A stretch of DNA of 42,888 nucleotides, taken from assembly GCF_001194135.2 (NCBI RefSeq), contig NC_068986.1, positions 78,622,060 through 78,664,947 of the forward strand, in the 5' to 3' direction. This stretch comes from Octopus bimaculoides. Lineage: Eukaryota. This document shows, one piece after another, positions 1-12,203 of the stretch; the stretch's first letter is position 1; each line of letters starts with the position of its first letter. The position numbers and the translations under genes are program-made. The notes under the pieces were generated by a model that made no database searches, was not told the origin of the DNA, and saw nothing but the letters and a program-made list of their open reading frames with translations.

Positions 1-665
1 ATATATATATATATATATATATACTGTAAGGTCTAACATGCAACGCAGTGTGTTAAAAACGTGCAATTAACTGATATTATCCAACTAATTATTTGACAAA
101 AACTCCCTGTTGACAACCTAAAAATCGAATACACTAATCAAAGTGAATTAATCGAAATATATATCCAGTGCTCATAATAAATGTCGGAGTGGGTTTGATT
201 TTCAACTTCAACTGGATTATTTAACCCCTTCAGCAAAGATGAAGAAAATTTTACTCAATCGGTCAGTTTAAGATTATTCATTATGCATAAAGGTAAGGGG
301 AATTGTCAGGTAGTTTCATGGATAATCACAGTTGATTTCTTAACTCACGATATTACATAGGATAATCCTTATTTGTATTAATATGTCAAGCTTTCCTCTG
401 AGTCTGTGAATTCAGACAGCTGTATAACTGACATTATATGTTTTCCTGAATGACACTGACATCAGGGTGACATTATTGAAGCACACAAGGTAGAAAGTAT
501 TTGGATAAAGGATAGTTTATTCTACCACTCTCAGAAATCCTGCCAGGAGTGACTGGCGTTCTTTCTTCTCTGGCGAGATGCGAAAACTTTCTATAGTTTC
601 TCTGATTGTTTAAGTAGTTCGGTCATTACACAAATAAGGGAAAAACACCTAATGTTGTAACTTAC

Positions 666-679
666 TTACACTACGCACA

Positions 680-721
<42 letters not shown>

Positions 722-997
722 CACACACACACACACATATACGACGGACGTCTTTCAGTTTCCGTCTACCAAATCCACTCCCAAGGTTTTGGTTGGTCCT
801 TGTGTGTGTCCTCAGCATCGCTTGATAACTGACGCTGGTGTGTTTAGGTCTCCGTAACTTAGCGGTTCGGCAAAAGACACCAATAGAATAATTATTAGGC
901 ATACAAAGAATATGTCCTGGGGCCGATTTGCTCGACTAAAGGCGGTGTTCCAGCTTGGCCGCAGTCAAATGACTGAAACAAGTAAAAGAGTAAAGAG
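666..997 (+). mobile_element. Rearranged octopus-type SINE (family with CORE-like region and internal TG microsatellite): inverted 5' part plus sense 3' part
   Basis: About 677-799 is (CA)n plus CTTTCAGTTTCCGTCTACCAAATCC...GGTTGGTCC, antisense. About 800-997 is the sense 3' half ending GCAGTCAAATGACTGAAACAAGTAAAAGAG. The colinear copy at 16525-16889 shows the normal module order. Confidence 0.75.
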
Positions 998-2370
998 TTT
1001 ATGTATGTATATTTATATATTTATACACATATATATATATGTAAGTATGTATGTATGCATGTATGTATGTTTATATGAATAACCAAGGGGTTATATATCT
1101 TCGTGAGTATGTTTTGTTGGTGATATAGATGAAATAGATAGCAAGTTGGAACGTGTGCAATATGTCGGCGGCTGTTACTCTGTAGATACAAAGATAATAG
1201 TTTTAACACATTTCACGTTATAGGAAGTGTTTACATGGATTGATATTGTCAGTGACTGTTTAAATGAAGACACGTCAATAAGGTTTTATAAAGTTTTCTT
1301 TCCAGGTCTTTTTAATCAATATTGTACATAGCAAATTCAATTGATTGTCACAGTTTACAGCTTTCTCTTCCTCTCACTGCCTCTCTCTCTGTCTGTCTGT
1401 CTGTCTGTCTCCCTCTGTATCTCTCTCTCTCGTAAATCTTTCCTCATGCATTTGGCTGGGAAAAATAAACGATCAGCTTTCTGATTACGAGGTAAAGAGA
1501 AATTTTATTTGCTTTCTTAAAAAATGTGACGATATTGAATTCAATGACACAGTCTGCGGTGATCTGACAATACTTTATGTATGTGAGGCAAACCTACCAC
1601 TTACCTACATATATATGTATATATATATATATATATNNNNNNNNNNNNNNNNNNNNNNNNNNNNNNNNNNNNNNNNNNNNNNNNNNNNNNNNNNNNNNNN
1701 NNNNNNNNNNNNNNNNNNNNNNNNNNNNNNNNNNNNNNNNNNNNNNNNNNNNNNNNNNNNNNNNNNNNNNNNNNNNNNNNNNNNNNNNNNNNNNNNNNNN
1801 NNNNNNNNNNNNNNNNNNNNNNNNNNNNNNNNNNNNNNNNNNNNNNNNNNNNNNNNNNNNNNNNNNNNNNNNNNNNNNNNNNNNNNNNNNNNNNNNNNNN
1901 NNNNNNNNNNNNNNNNNNNNNNNNNNNNNNNNNNNNNNNNNNNNNNNNNNNNNNNNNNNNNNNNNNNNNNNNNNNNNNNNNNNNNNNNNNNNNNNNNNNN
2001 NNNNNNNNNNNNNNNNNNNNNNNNNNNNNNNNNNNNNNNNNNNNNNNNNNNNNNNNNNNNNNNNNNNNNNNNNNNNNNNNNNNNNNNNNNNNNNNNNNNN
2101 NNNNNNNNNNNNNNNNNNNNNNNNNNNNNNNNNNNNNNNNNNNNNNNNNNNNNNNNNNNNNNNNNNNNNNNNNNNNNNNNNNNNNNNNNNNNNNNNNNNN
2201 NNNNNNNNNNNNNNNNNNNNNNNNNNNNNNNNNNNNNNNNNNNNNNNNNNNNNNNNNNNNNNNNNNNNNNNNNNNNNNNNNNNNNNNNNNNNNNNNNNNN
2301 NNNNNNNNNNNNNNNNNNNNNNNNNNNNNNNNNNNNNNNNNNNNNNNNNNNNNNNNNNNNNNNNNNNNNN

Positions 2371-2413
<43 letters not shown>

Positions 2414-2453
2414 ATGTGTGTGTGTGTGTGTGTGTGCGTGCGTGTATACAGGA

Positions 2454-2820
2454 ATAATAATGATACTTCTTGGATGGAATTTTAAAATATTTTGATACAT
2501 CGCTACATGCGTTTCCACAAATCATGTGTTCTACGTCCATAGTCCATATTTCTGCGATGATTACAATACTGCTATGAGTAGTGTCTATAAACATCGGATG
2601 GATCATATTCATGTGTTAGTTTCTTTAGGTGATATGTCATTAACGTTAGCAATAGTGGAACTCATGAATATGATCCACTCGTTGTCCATGGATACTATTG
2701 ACTTTACTGCAATCATGTCAGTAATACGGTCTATGGTCATACGAAATATATCATTTGTAGAAACACGCGTAGCGATGCATTAAATATTTATAAATTCTAT
2801 CCATTGATTATTATCATTAC
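2454..2820. repeat. Long imperfect inverted repeat (foldback) with ~160-bp arms
   Basis: Arm 2454-2613 aligns to the reverse complement of 2663-2820. There is an exact 15-bp inner match (2599-2613 vs 2663-2677), identity is roughly 70-75% overall, and mismatches are mostly transitions. Confidence 0.85.
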
Positions 2821-2966
2821 TACTATATTGATCCTACATTATATAGGCACAGCTCGGTAAAACTGCTATTGCAAATTGGTGTTGTTAGGCTGTAGCCGGC
2901 ACAATAAAATAGGGGCTTTCATATGTATACTCAAAAACGCTTTCCGTCCGAACTTATAGAATATGG

Positions 2967-2997
<31 letters not shown>

Positions 2998-3654
2998 NNN
3001 NNNNNNNNNNNNNNNNNNNNNNNNNNNNNNNNNNNNNNNNNNNNNNNNNNNNNNNNNNNNNNNNNNNNNNNNNNNNNNNNNNNNNNNNNNNNNNNNNNNN
3101 NNNNNNNNNNNNNNNNNNNNNNNNNNNNNNNNNNNNNNNNNNNNNNNNNNNNNNNNNNNNNNNNNNNNNNNNNNNNNNNNNNNNNNNNNNNNNNNNNNNN
3201 NNNNNNNNNNNNNNNNNNNNNNNNNNNNNNNNNNNNNNNNNNNNNNNNNNNNNNNNNNNNNNNNNNNNNNNNNNNNNNNNNNNNNNNNNNNNNNNNNNNN
3301 NNNNNNNNNNNNNNNNNNNNNNNNNNNNNNNNNNNNNNNNNNNNNNNNNNNNNNNNNNNNNNNNNNNNNNNNNNNNNNNNNNNNNNNNNNNNNNNNNNNN
3401 NNNNNNNNNNNNNNNNNNNNNNNNNNGTATAAAAAGCGTGGCCCTTGGAAGTACGGGAATGGCCTCCCCGCCTACATTAAACGTGCTAAAATAAGAATAA
3501 TATTTTCGTGGTTTCGGATTTAACTCCCATTTCTAGCGTGTTGGAAAACCACTTAGTGCTCGCACAATTTGTAATCGTTCAATTCTATCAATGTGCCATT
3601 GGAACACCAACACAATTTAGATTAAATAAAGAAACCTTCACTGAAAAATATAAG

Positions 3655-3805
3655 CCAAAACTTAACCATTTCTAACATTTTTAAATAAGGAATCTCACCG
3701 CATTGAAATAGATATAAAGCAAAACCTAACCACTTGCAACATTCTATTCATTCTAAACCAAATCATGTTAAATTAATCAAACCTAATCATTTTCAACATT
3801 TTTGA
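3655..3805 (+). repeat. Three degenerate copies of an AAACCTAACCATTT(C/T)CAACATT-like motif spaced ~60 bp apart
   Basis: Copies start near 3657, 3720 and 3779. Confidence 0.5.
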
Positions 3806-4171
3806 TTATCTCCCTTATACCGGAAAAATCCCTGATTACCTTCCCCTGTCTGGAACTCCATATTTCACCACATAGCGAAGACATGACACGATATAGGTAA
3901 AGAAATTTGAGAAATTTGAAAAGAAAATACGAAATTGGTTATTTCTCCAAAAACAATGTTACTATACGCAAAATTTTATAACATTTTTATAACATAACGA
4001 TTTAAATATATTCTTTAACCATATAACACAAGTCTTCTATAGTTATTTCACTTGTTTTTGTCTTTTGCACATCCAGCCACATGCTTTCAGATACCAACTC
4101 TCTCACCTATATACATATACATATGTATATATATATATATATATGTATATATATGTATATATATATATATG

Positions 4172-4248
<77 letters not shown>

Positions 4249-4389
4249 GTATATATATNNNNNNNNNNNNNNNNNNNNNNNNNNNNNNNNNNNNNNNNNN
4301 NNNNNNNNNNNNNNNNNNNNNNNNNNNNNNNNNNNNNNNNNNNNNNNNNNNNNNNNNNNNNNNNNNNNNNNNNNNNNNNNNNTATATAC

Positions 4390-4422
<33 letters not shown>

Positions 4423-4459
4423 CATATATACATATATATATATATACATATATATATAC

Positions 4460-4536
<77 letters not shown>

Positions 4537-4917
4537 CATATATATATATATACATATATATATATACATACACTCACTCACACACACGCACTACTTATTA
4601 TTATTTAAAATAGTTTGATTCGGCTCCATGTGATTTTAAGTTATAGGGTTTTTCCTTTTGTGTTCTGTTAAAATGCATTTATTTCATACATATTTATGTA
4701 TACATTTATGCATGGATGTCTTCATGAATATATATATAGTAGTGTAACCTTGCCCTCAGAAATGACGGCATGAAAGTGATTACAGAAAATAAAATAAAAA
4801 TAAAAAGATTTACAACCTTTATCACAGTAATTACTTCAACACCACGTTTCTACTGAAAACACTACCAGCAATGAGTTCGCCTTGTTTTGGATGGTCCGTT
4901 TCAGTATTAATAAAATC

Positions 4918-5125
4918 TTCCGTTCTTCTCTTCAATGTTCTCTCTCTTTCGATTCCTCTCCTTTGTGCTGCTTCCTCTTCCCTTTCATCTCGTCGCCTTT
5001 GCGAAACTATCATTCTTAGATTTCTCGCCTCGTTGCTGCTTGCTCTTCTGTTTCATCTTGGCGCTTTTGGGCTGCTCTCTCTCTCTTTGGATATCTCTCC
5101 TTTGGGCAATTATGCGCTCCTTTTC
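4918..5125 (-). pseudogene. Frameshifted ORF remnant encoding three 23-aa STPR-like repeats, possibly from a Helitron N-terminus
   Basis: Repairing a +2 GA slip and a -1 deletion gives EKERIIAQRRDIQRERAAQKRQD / ETEEQAATRRENLRMIVSQRRRD / EREEEAAQRRGIERERTLKRRTE. The span is 208 nt = 3x69+1, which matches the two indels. Confidence 0.55.
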
Positions 5126-5523
5126 ATGTTGACGTCTTCGAGCCTATCTTCTTGTGTCTTGCGCTCGTTTCTCTTGTCTCACTTCTTGTGATTGATTTCA
5201 TAACCTTCATGTATTGTTTAATCTTCTTGCGTCCAGTTCCTCCTGAGTGGGACTGGCTGTTCTTCATATTTGTCTGTCACAGGCTAACCACCGCCTTCTG
5301 TCTCATTCATTCCCCATAGCATGTGGATGAGTATATTTAATACAAAGGAACATAAACTTCATAACAAATGAGTATATTTGTGTGTGTGTGTACATTAGTT
5401 TGTTTATAATTCTATACGTAACCATACAAAGTCCAAAATTACCCAGGATTACAATAACGGCATACACAGAGACTTATTATTTTTTTCCAGCAACGTCTGT
5501 CTGTCTGTCTGTCTGTCTGTCTC

Positions 5524-5561
<38 letters not shown>

Positions 5562-6328
5562 GCACATACACTCTTTACCGCCTGAAACGGAAGTAGATCT
5601 TGCTGACAAACTTCACCGTATTGGCAAAATTCTTCATTCATAAATATTTACAAACATCACTGTATCAGCAAGTATTTGTAAATATTTATAATTACCTTCC
5701 TTTTATATTTAGGCTTCTTTAAACAGACAATATTATCAAGCTTTCTCTCAATAGACAATATTTTAATTTCATGACTCAAAGTTACTACTTATTTACTTAT
5801 CTTATCTTCTATTAACTTTACAAACTTTCTAAGCAGAAAAATCTTCCAGAACAGTCAAACATCCATAGAGATGCAGAAAAAATAATTTTGAGGTGGTAAA
5901 ATCATACTTATCTTAAATATTGTTANNNNNNNNNNNNNNNNNNNNNNNNNNNNNNNNNNNNNNNNNNNNNNNNNNNNNNNNNNNNNNNNNNNNNNNNNNN
6001 NNNNNNNNNNNNNNNNNNNNNNNNNNNNNNNNNNNNNNNNNNNNNNNNNNNNNNNNNNNNNNNNNNNNNNNNNNNNNNNNNNNNNNNNNNNNNNNNNNNN
6101 NNNNNNNNNNNNNNNNNNNNNNNNNNNNNNNNNNNNNNNNNNNNNNNNNNNNNNNNNNNNNNNNNNNNNNNNNNNNNNNNNNNNNNNNNNNNNNNNNNNN
6201 NNNNNNNNNNNNNNNNNNNNNNNNNNNNNNNNNNNNNNNNNNNNNNNNNNNNNNNNNNNNNNNNNNNNNNNNNNNNNNNNNNNNNNNNNNNNNNNNNNNN
6301 NNNNNNNNNNNNNNNNNNNNNNNNNNNN

Positions 6329-6388
<60 letters not shown>

Positions 6389-6491
6389 GTAAACACACAT
6401 GCACACACATATATGTGTGTGCATTTACGTACTTGCACGTGTGTAATTCTTAAATCCTCGGCCATACCATAACATACACACACACACACAT

Positions 6492-6910
6492 GCATGATGA
6501 TGATGATGATGATGATGATAATGGATTCTCTTGTCATGAACGATAAATGAGAGTTCAGTAAAACAAAGCGGTGATCATGTTCTATAGACACGAATGTGTC
6601 CTTTGAGGGCCGCTGGTGCCTTGCAAACCTTTTGGCAAATGGAACAAGCTGAAGACTCAGTTTGCTTTGGTGCTTGCGGATCATTTACTATGTGCGTTCT
6701 TGAGTGGATGGCAAGGCCTGCTTTTCTTCGGGCCACAAAACCACAATGACAGGTAAGGTTTCCATTTAGAGGAGCAGCGTTTTGCCAGCGGGCCTTCATG
6801 CTTGCACGAAGTTGGTCCCGATGTTGTAGTCGACTTTGCACAAATCTTTAAACTGAGGAGAAGCAAGACTAGTGTCAGGTCCTGCGTTCTGATGCCTTGT
6901 TTTCCCGGGA
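6492..6910 (-). mobile_element. 5'-truncated RTE-like LINE 3' end: ORF2 C-terminus with two zinc fingers, short 3' UTR and (ATC)n tail
   Basis: One minus frame reads KASERRT*H*SCFSSV*RFVQSRLQHRDQLRASMKARW...TCHCGFVARRKAGLAIHSRTH...CSICQKVCKAPAALKGHIRVY, with the stop at 6575-6577. The (ATC)n tail is at about 6492-6520. Confidence 0.75.
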
Positions 6911-6936
6911 AGTATATATATATAATACACTGTTTC

Positions 6937-7172
6937 TTATTTCTTTATTGCCCACAAGGAGCTAAACATAGAGGGGACAAACAAGGCCAGACAAACGGAT
7001 TAAGTCGATTACATCGACCCCAGTGCGTAACTGGTACTTAATTTATCGACCCCGAAAAGATGAAAGGCAAAGTCGACCTCGGCGGAATTTGAACTCAGAC
7101 TGTAACGGCAGACGAAATACCGCAAAGCATTTCGCCCGGTGTGCTAATGTTTCTGCCAGCTCGCCGCCCTAA
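6937..7172 (-). mobile_element. Full-length tRNA-derived SINE (Meta-domain-like core) with a 23-bp target-site duplication
   Basis: The minus-strand head GGCGGCGAGCTGGCAGAAAC has A- and B-box-like motifs (GAGTTCAAATTCC), followed by the core GGTCGACTTTGCCTTTCATC...GTACCAG. ATATATATATAATACACTGTTTC is identical at 6914-6936 and 7173-7195. Confidence 0.9.
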
Positions 7173-7460
7173 ATATATATATAATACACTGTTTCGTAAA
7201 CCCATAAGCATATATACATTCAAAACACACAAACACGTAACACACATCACTTATAGATTGGTATACATATGTATAAAAATATTTATTTTTAATTATGGTG
7301 ACTGTTTATCGGTCGGACCTTTCAAATCAGTCATTATTATGACAATACCGTATCTCAAACGTAAAGACTTTATCGCGCTAAGGGAAGTAACTCAACGAAG
7401 AGTAATTGTGGCTTGGGTGTTGTCTGCGGTGATATTGATGATGTTAAGAGTAACTGATGG

Positions 7461-7461
7461 G

Positions 7462-7511
<50 letters not shown>
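7461..7511. repeat. (GATA)n microsatellite
   Basis: Direct reading of the sequence. Confidence 0.95.
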
Positions 7512-8469
7512 CTGTGATGCTTGTTGGTTCTTGAGGATATATTTGTTACCGACATGACTGATCATTATTATCTTCGACGATATTTTTGCTATTCATAATG
7601 AAATCTTATTACTATTTGACAAATTTGGAAATGGTTATGTTAATGACTTCAAGTTTGATATTACATATTTCAATAGAACATCAACTACGAAGACTTTTCT
7701 TAAGACATACGTAGTACAAAATGTGAACTTGTTAAACTTTTATAAACTTTGTTCATGTGAATTCATATTGAGTGAGTAATATTTCTATGTTATGTTTACA
7801 AATATATTGAAAAATTAGCTGACATTAGAATTTTTAAATACATGCGAACTTCAATATGTTACTATAAACCCGCATACAAGAGTTCCTAAGTTCCATAGTG
7901 ATTTCATATTGAGGGTGAATAATTCCTATTTTCCATATCGGTTGTGGTTATAACGGTAGTGCTAAGGGAAGATGACTAGGAATGAATTTATTGGACTAAA
8001 AAAATTATATTTACAAAAATTGTTTATGATTTAACTCATACGAGGACTGAACCCGGATATTCACCTCGTAAATTTCAATCTTCAAAAGTAAATATTACTC
8101 ATTGTAACAGCCGCTTGTTTATTTATTGCTTGCACTAATGTTGGTGGTGATGGTGGTGGTTACATTTGTTTCGTTGTTGTAGTTGTTATAGTGCTCGTTG
8201 CTGGTGGTGCCAGCAGTTTGTTTGGTATAGATAGTTATAAAAGTGATGAAAGATGCCGCGATATTGTTCGGATTTTTGTGTCTATTTTTACTGTTCATTA
8301 TAGTGATTTTGGAATTAAGATGGATGTCATATTTCCCTTTGGCATTTCAACGGATACAACTAATGAAAAATAAATATTATTTTTTAACCCTACGCACAGT
8401 ATTGTATTGAATTTTTGTTCCGAGTAGATATTTATTGTACATTAGTACAAAGACCTATAAATTAAGTAA

Positions 8470-8534
<65 letters not shown>

Positions 8535-9179
8535 GCGGACTGGAGAAGTTTTGAAAATATGTATTAGCTTAATGCTGAAGCAGAGAAAGAGTCTTGGCGT
8601 TTCGGACCCCAAGTCGTTTAGCAGAAAAAAGAAAGAATGCGTAAAAGTGCTGAGAAAATAAAAAGATAGAGAAAATTTGGTTAATGGGAAAAAAGAGTAA
8701 CGCAAATAAAGTTAGTATGTGGCAGTATGAGCAGTAAAATAAAAATGAATGGAAAGCTGAGGTATTTGTTTAACGTTTAGCCTCTGTATAAAAAGGAAAA
8801 GAATTAAGGAGAAATAGACGATTAAAGTGAATGGGTTGGCGTAAGGCGTATTCTTGGAATGGCAAGTATCATTTACTGAAATTATAGATGTAGAGTGATG
8901 AATATATCAAAAAGAATTATTTTAGTTAACTCTTTCATTTAGTTAAATGCATAAATGCATATGCACAAATATATATATACTGATATCTATATTTTTACAT
9001 ACATTAACACACACATGCACGTACTACGCATACGCATATACTAACACTGAGCTTGTTTCGTCTTTCTTCAGCTTTCTTTTGAAACACGTGATATACTTTA
9101 AATGTATATTCGCAGTAAACATTATGGCATTAGGAAACTTCGTTTTTCCTATTAAGGACAGTCTGTTTAATTAGTAGCT

Positions 9180-9385
9180 TCAAAATTAGGCACAAGGCCA
9201 TCGATTTCAGAGCAGTGGGCTTAGATCGATTCCAGTGTTCAGCTGGTACTTATTTTATTGACCTTGAAGGGGATGAAAAGTAAAGTCATCCTGGGGCGAA
9301 TTTGAGTTCAGAATACAACTCTGGAAGAAATACTGCTAACCATTTTGTCTGGGGTGCGAAAGATTCCGCCAGTTTGCCACCTTCA
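9180..9385 (-). mobile_element. Diverged tRNA-SINE with the same head and core as 6937-7172 but a different tail
   Basis: Contains CTGGTACTTATTTTATTGACC...GATGAAAAGTAAAGTC...GAATTTGAGTTCAGAA. The tail CAAAATTAGGCACAAGGCC resembles the tails at 33175-33204 and 40444-40470. Confidence 0.8.
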
Positions 9386-9917
9386 TATTATCCACGCTTA
9401 AATAATGACAATAATATGGATTGCAGTATAAATGGCTTTAATAATGATATATGTTAACCGTCATAGTATTGATAACGATTTCTCTAAGGCATTAGAACAG
9501 CATAAATATAAAGATTTAAATACAGCGATGAAGATTTATATATTTGGTGATGTACATATGTGTGTGTGTAAGCATTATTTTTGCTCATGAGAAGGTAAAA
9601 CAAAAGCCTGGCGACAATTGGGATTAAGCTTGATAAAATTTAAAGAATCAAGAATCCTCCAGAAATGCCTGAAAAAGAGTTGAACCCAATTACCGTAATG
9701 AAATTATTTTACTTTACCATAGAAAATAATTTCATTTATCCTGCATTGTATTTAGTATATCTTTTTCCCTCTTTTTCGTTCAAATTTATTTCTTTAGCCC
9801 ATTCTGCGTTATTTCTCTAAGCCGTTTAAATTCATAAACATGCACCCATCCCCACCATANNNNNNNNNNNNNNNNNNNNNNNNNNNNNNNNNNNNNNNNN
9901 NNNNNNNNNNNNNNNNN

Positions 9918-9950
<33 letters not shown>

Positions 9951-10584
9951 TCAATGTGTGTGAGCTTGTATATATGTGTATATATGTATACGTATGTGCA
10001 TATGCTTATATATACACATAAATACATATCCCCGCACACATATAGACATACATGTATACATTCGTACACATATATACCCACATTATGTCGGTTGCATATG
10101 TTTACTTATTTTAGGTTTTATGCATTAAAATATTTAAGTGAAGAATAACATTTTTAATGCAATGAAGGAAAACTCTGCCATGGAATTGTCTTTTCGAAAA
10201 CGTCTACACATAAAAATGTTCGCAGAAAATTTTAGCTTTCTCCAGCCAAAGTTACAAGTAAAGCACTTTAAAAGAAAAATGTTTATCTAACATCTCGTAT
10301 TCTCTAAAATTATTACATCTAATATAAATGTTGGTATTTTAAGAATAATGAAAAAAATATATATAAAAGAGGAAAAAATTATCTACATTCTCGAAAAGTA
10401 TTCATGCTGACTGAAGAAAATATTCCGCTTAAAGTAAACAGGAGGATGTTAAAATAGCCAATGTGGAAGCTTATATGTGGCAACTCAATCTGTTAGAAAT
10501 ATCAGCCAGCCTTCCCTCCGATCAGTGCCTAACGTCTTAGAGAGAGAAAGGCCATATTTTACAACGTTGTTTTCGGTATGAAGA

Positions 10585-10670
10585 GTCAAAGAAAAATACT
10601 AGATTCATGGTTTGAATGCCTTTTGTCATAAATCTGCTGGACCAGGTCTTACCTGTGGATAAACAAACAA
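10585..10670 (-). repeat. Old dispersed repeat, copy A (unclassified)
   Basis: GTTTATCCACAGGTAAGACCTGGTCCAGCAGATTTATGACAAAAGGCATTCAAACCATGA aligns without gaps to the copies at 19600-19680 and 20300-20378. Confidence 0.6.
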
Positions 10671-11292
10671 AAAGGGATACTAAAAGAATATTGAAATATC
10701 TTATCAAATATAGACACACCTCAACATAGGTCATTTCGAGTTACGTTTTTTTTCGACTTTACGTCGTTTTTTAGTGACATTCATAGAAAAATAAACATCA
10801 GCTTCAGTTGATGTATTCAACTTTACGTCGGTCTCACCAAACATATTTAAAAGCATAAAAATAAAAAAAAAAAAAAAAANNNNNNNNNNAAAAAAAAAAA
10901 AAAAAAAACGCTCCAAAAACTGGATTGGAAAATTAAATGAAAAACACGTGAAAATACGTGCAAACCATTTATTAGAACATTTATAAGCTAAAAAATATTT
11001 TTAGATGTTTTTTGCTTTCGTGTCACGTCGTGTTACGAGTTAAAAATGAAAGATAAAGCGTATTAATATAAACACCCCAATATATACTACAATCGATCAG
11101 ACCATTCGTTTTACCAAGTAGTACACTCCAACCATAACACTTTAAAACTCCCACAAGAACTTTCAGTAGAGGACAGATCAACGCATTCAACACCTCCTGG
11201 TTTCAAATGTTGCAGCTAATAAAACAAGTTGCATAATAGCAACACAGATTCCTTTTACATCTCAAACAATCCACACCAATTCTTTCTTTCTT

Positions 11293-11356
<64 letters not shown>

Positions 11357-12168
11357 ACACACACGCGCGTATCTCAGATAAGCTGAGACATTGCATAACT
11401 GAATAGGCGAATCTGTGGGTCATACTATGTCGATCGGCCGACTAACAATGAGCTATAGTGCTACTTAACAAGGACCAAATCTTGAGTAACACATTAATAA
11501 TAACGATCATTAAATTACGAGGCTACTTGTGAGACTACACATGACAATTCGACATAACATAATAACCAGGCAAAAGTCTGGAAAAGAAAAAAACATTTTA
11601 AAGAGGATATTGAATTGAATATCTTTTTCGTCTTGGTCGAGTTGCATCGGACACAATGCTTTTCAAAGTTAATGATATTTAGAATTGTTACCCAGCCACC
11701 GCAAAAAAGACAGGTTGTTCATGATGTTTAAAGCGCTTTTGATCGAATATTCTCGATCAGGATTGAGCTGAGGCTAAATAACAACAGCCGTCGCCGCCGC
11801 CGCCGCACCACCAGCAGCAACGACAACAACACAAACAGCGGCACTAGCAATAACAATAATCGGAAATCTTACGAAGTAGTTTGGTAAAACCTCATTTTTT
11901 TCGGGATATAACGTTATGTTAGTTTGGCAACAGAAATGCGAGCATGACAGAGATTTTGAGTTAGTGCTTGCTAATGGAATCCATTAGTGCATCGTAGTAG
12001 AAGTACTGTTTGCTTGACTGTAGAAAAGCGAGTACATTTAAACACTTTACTTATGAATGAAATGTATTGAATGATGCGATATACAAACTCAAAAGTTATA
12101 TGTATGCCCGGTAAAGCTCGGCTATTATAGCTCTATCGTAGCAATTTTTGCAGAAAAAGATTACAAAA

Positions 12169-12203
<35 letters not shown>

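Noticed and set aside
1345-6684. Long ORFs of 150-370 aa in the track here, and likewise at 22962-23498, 25332-25666 and 28626-29519
   Set aside because: They stay open only because they cross N gaps and (AT)n/(CA)n repeats, giving YIYI, HTHT and X runs.
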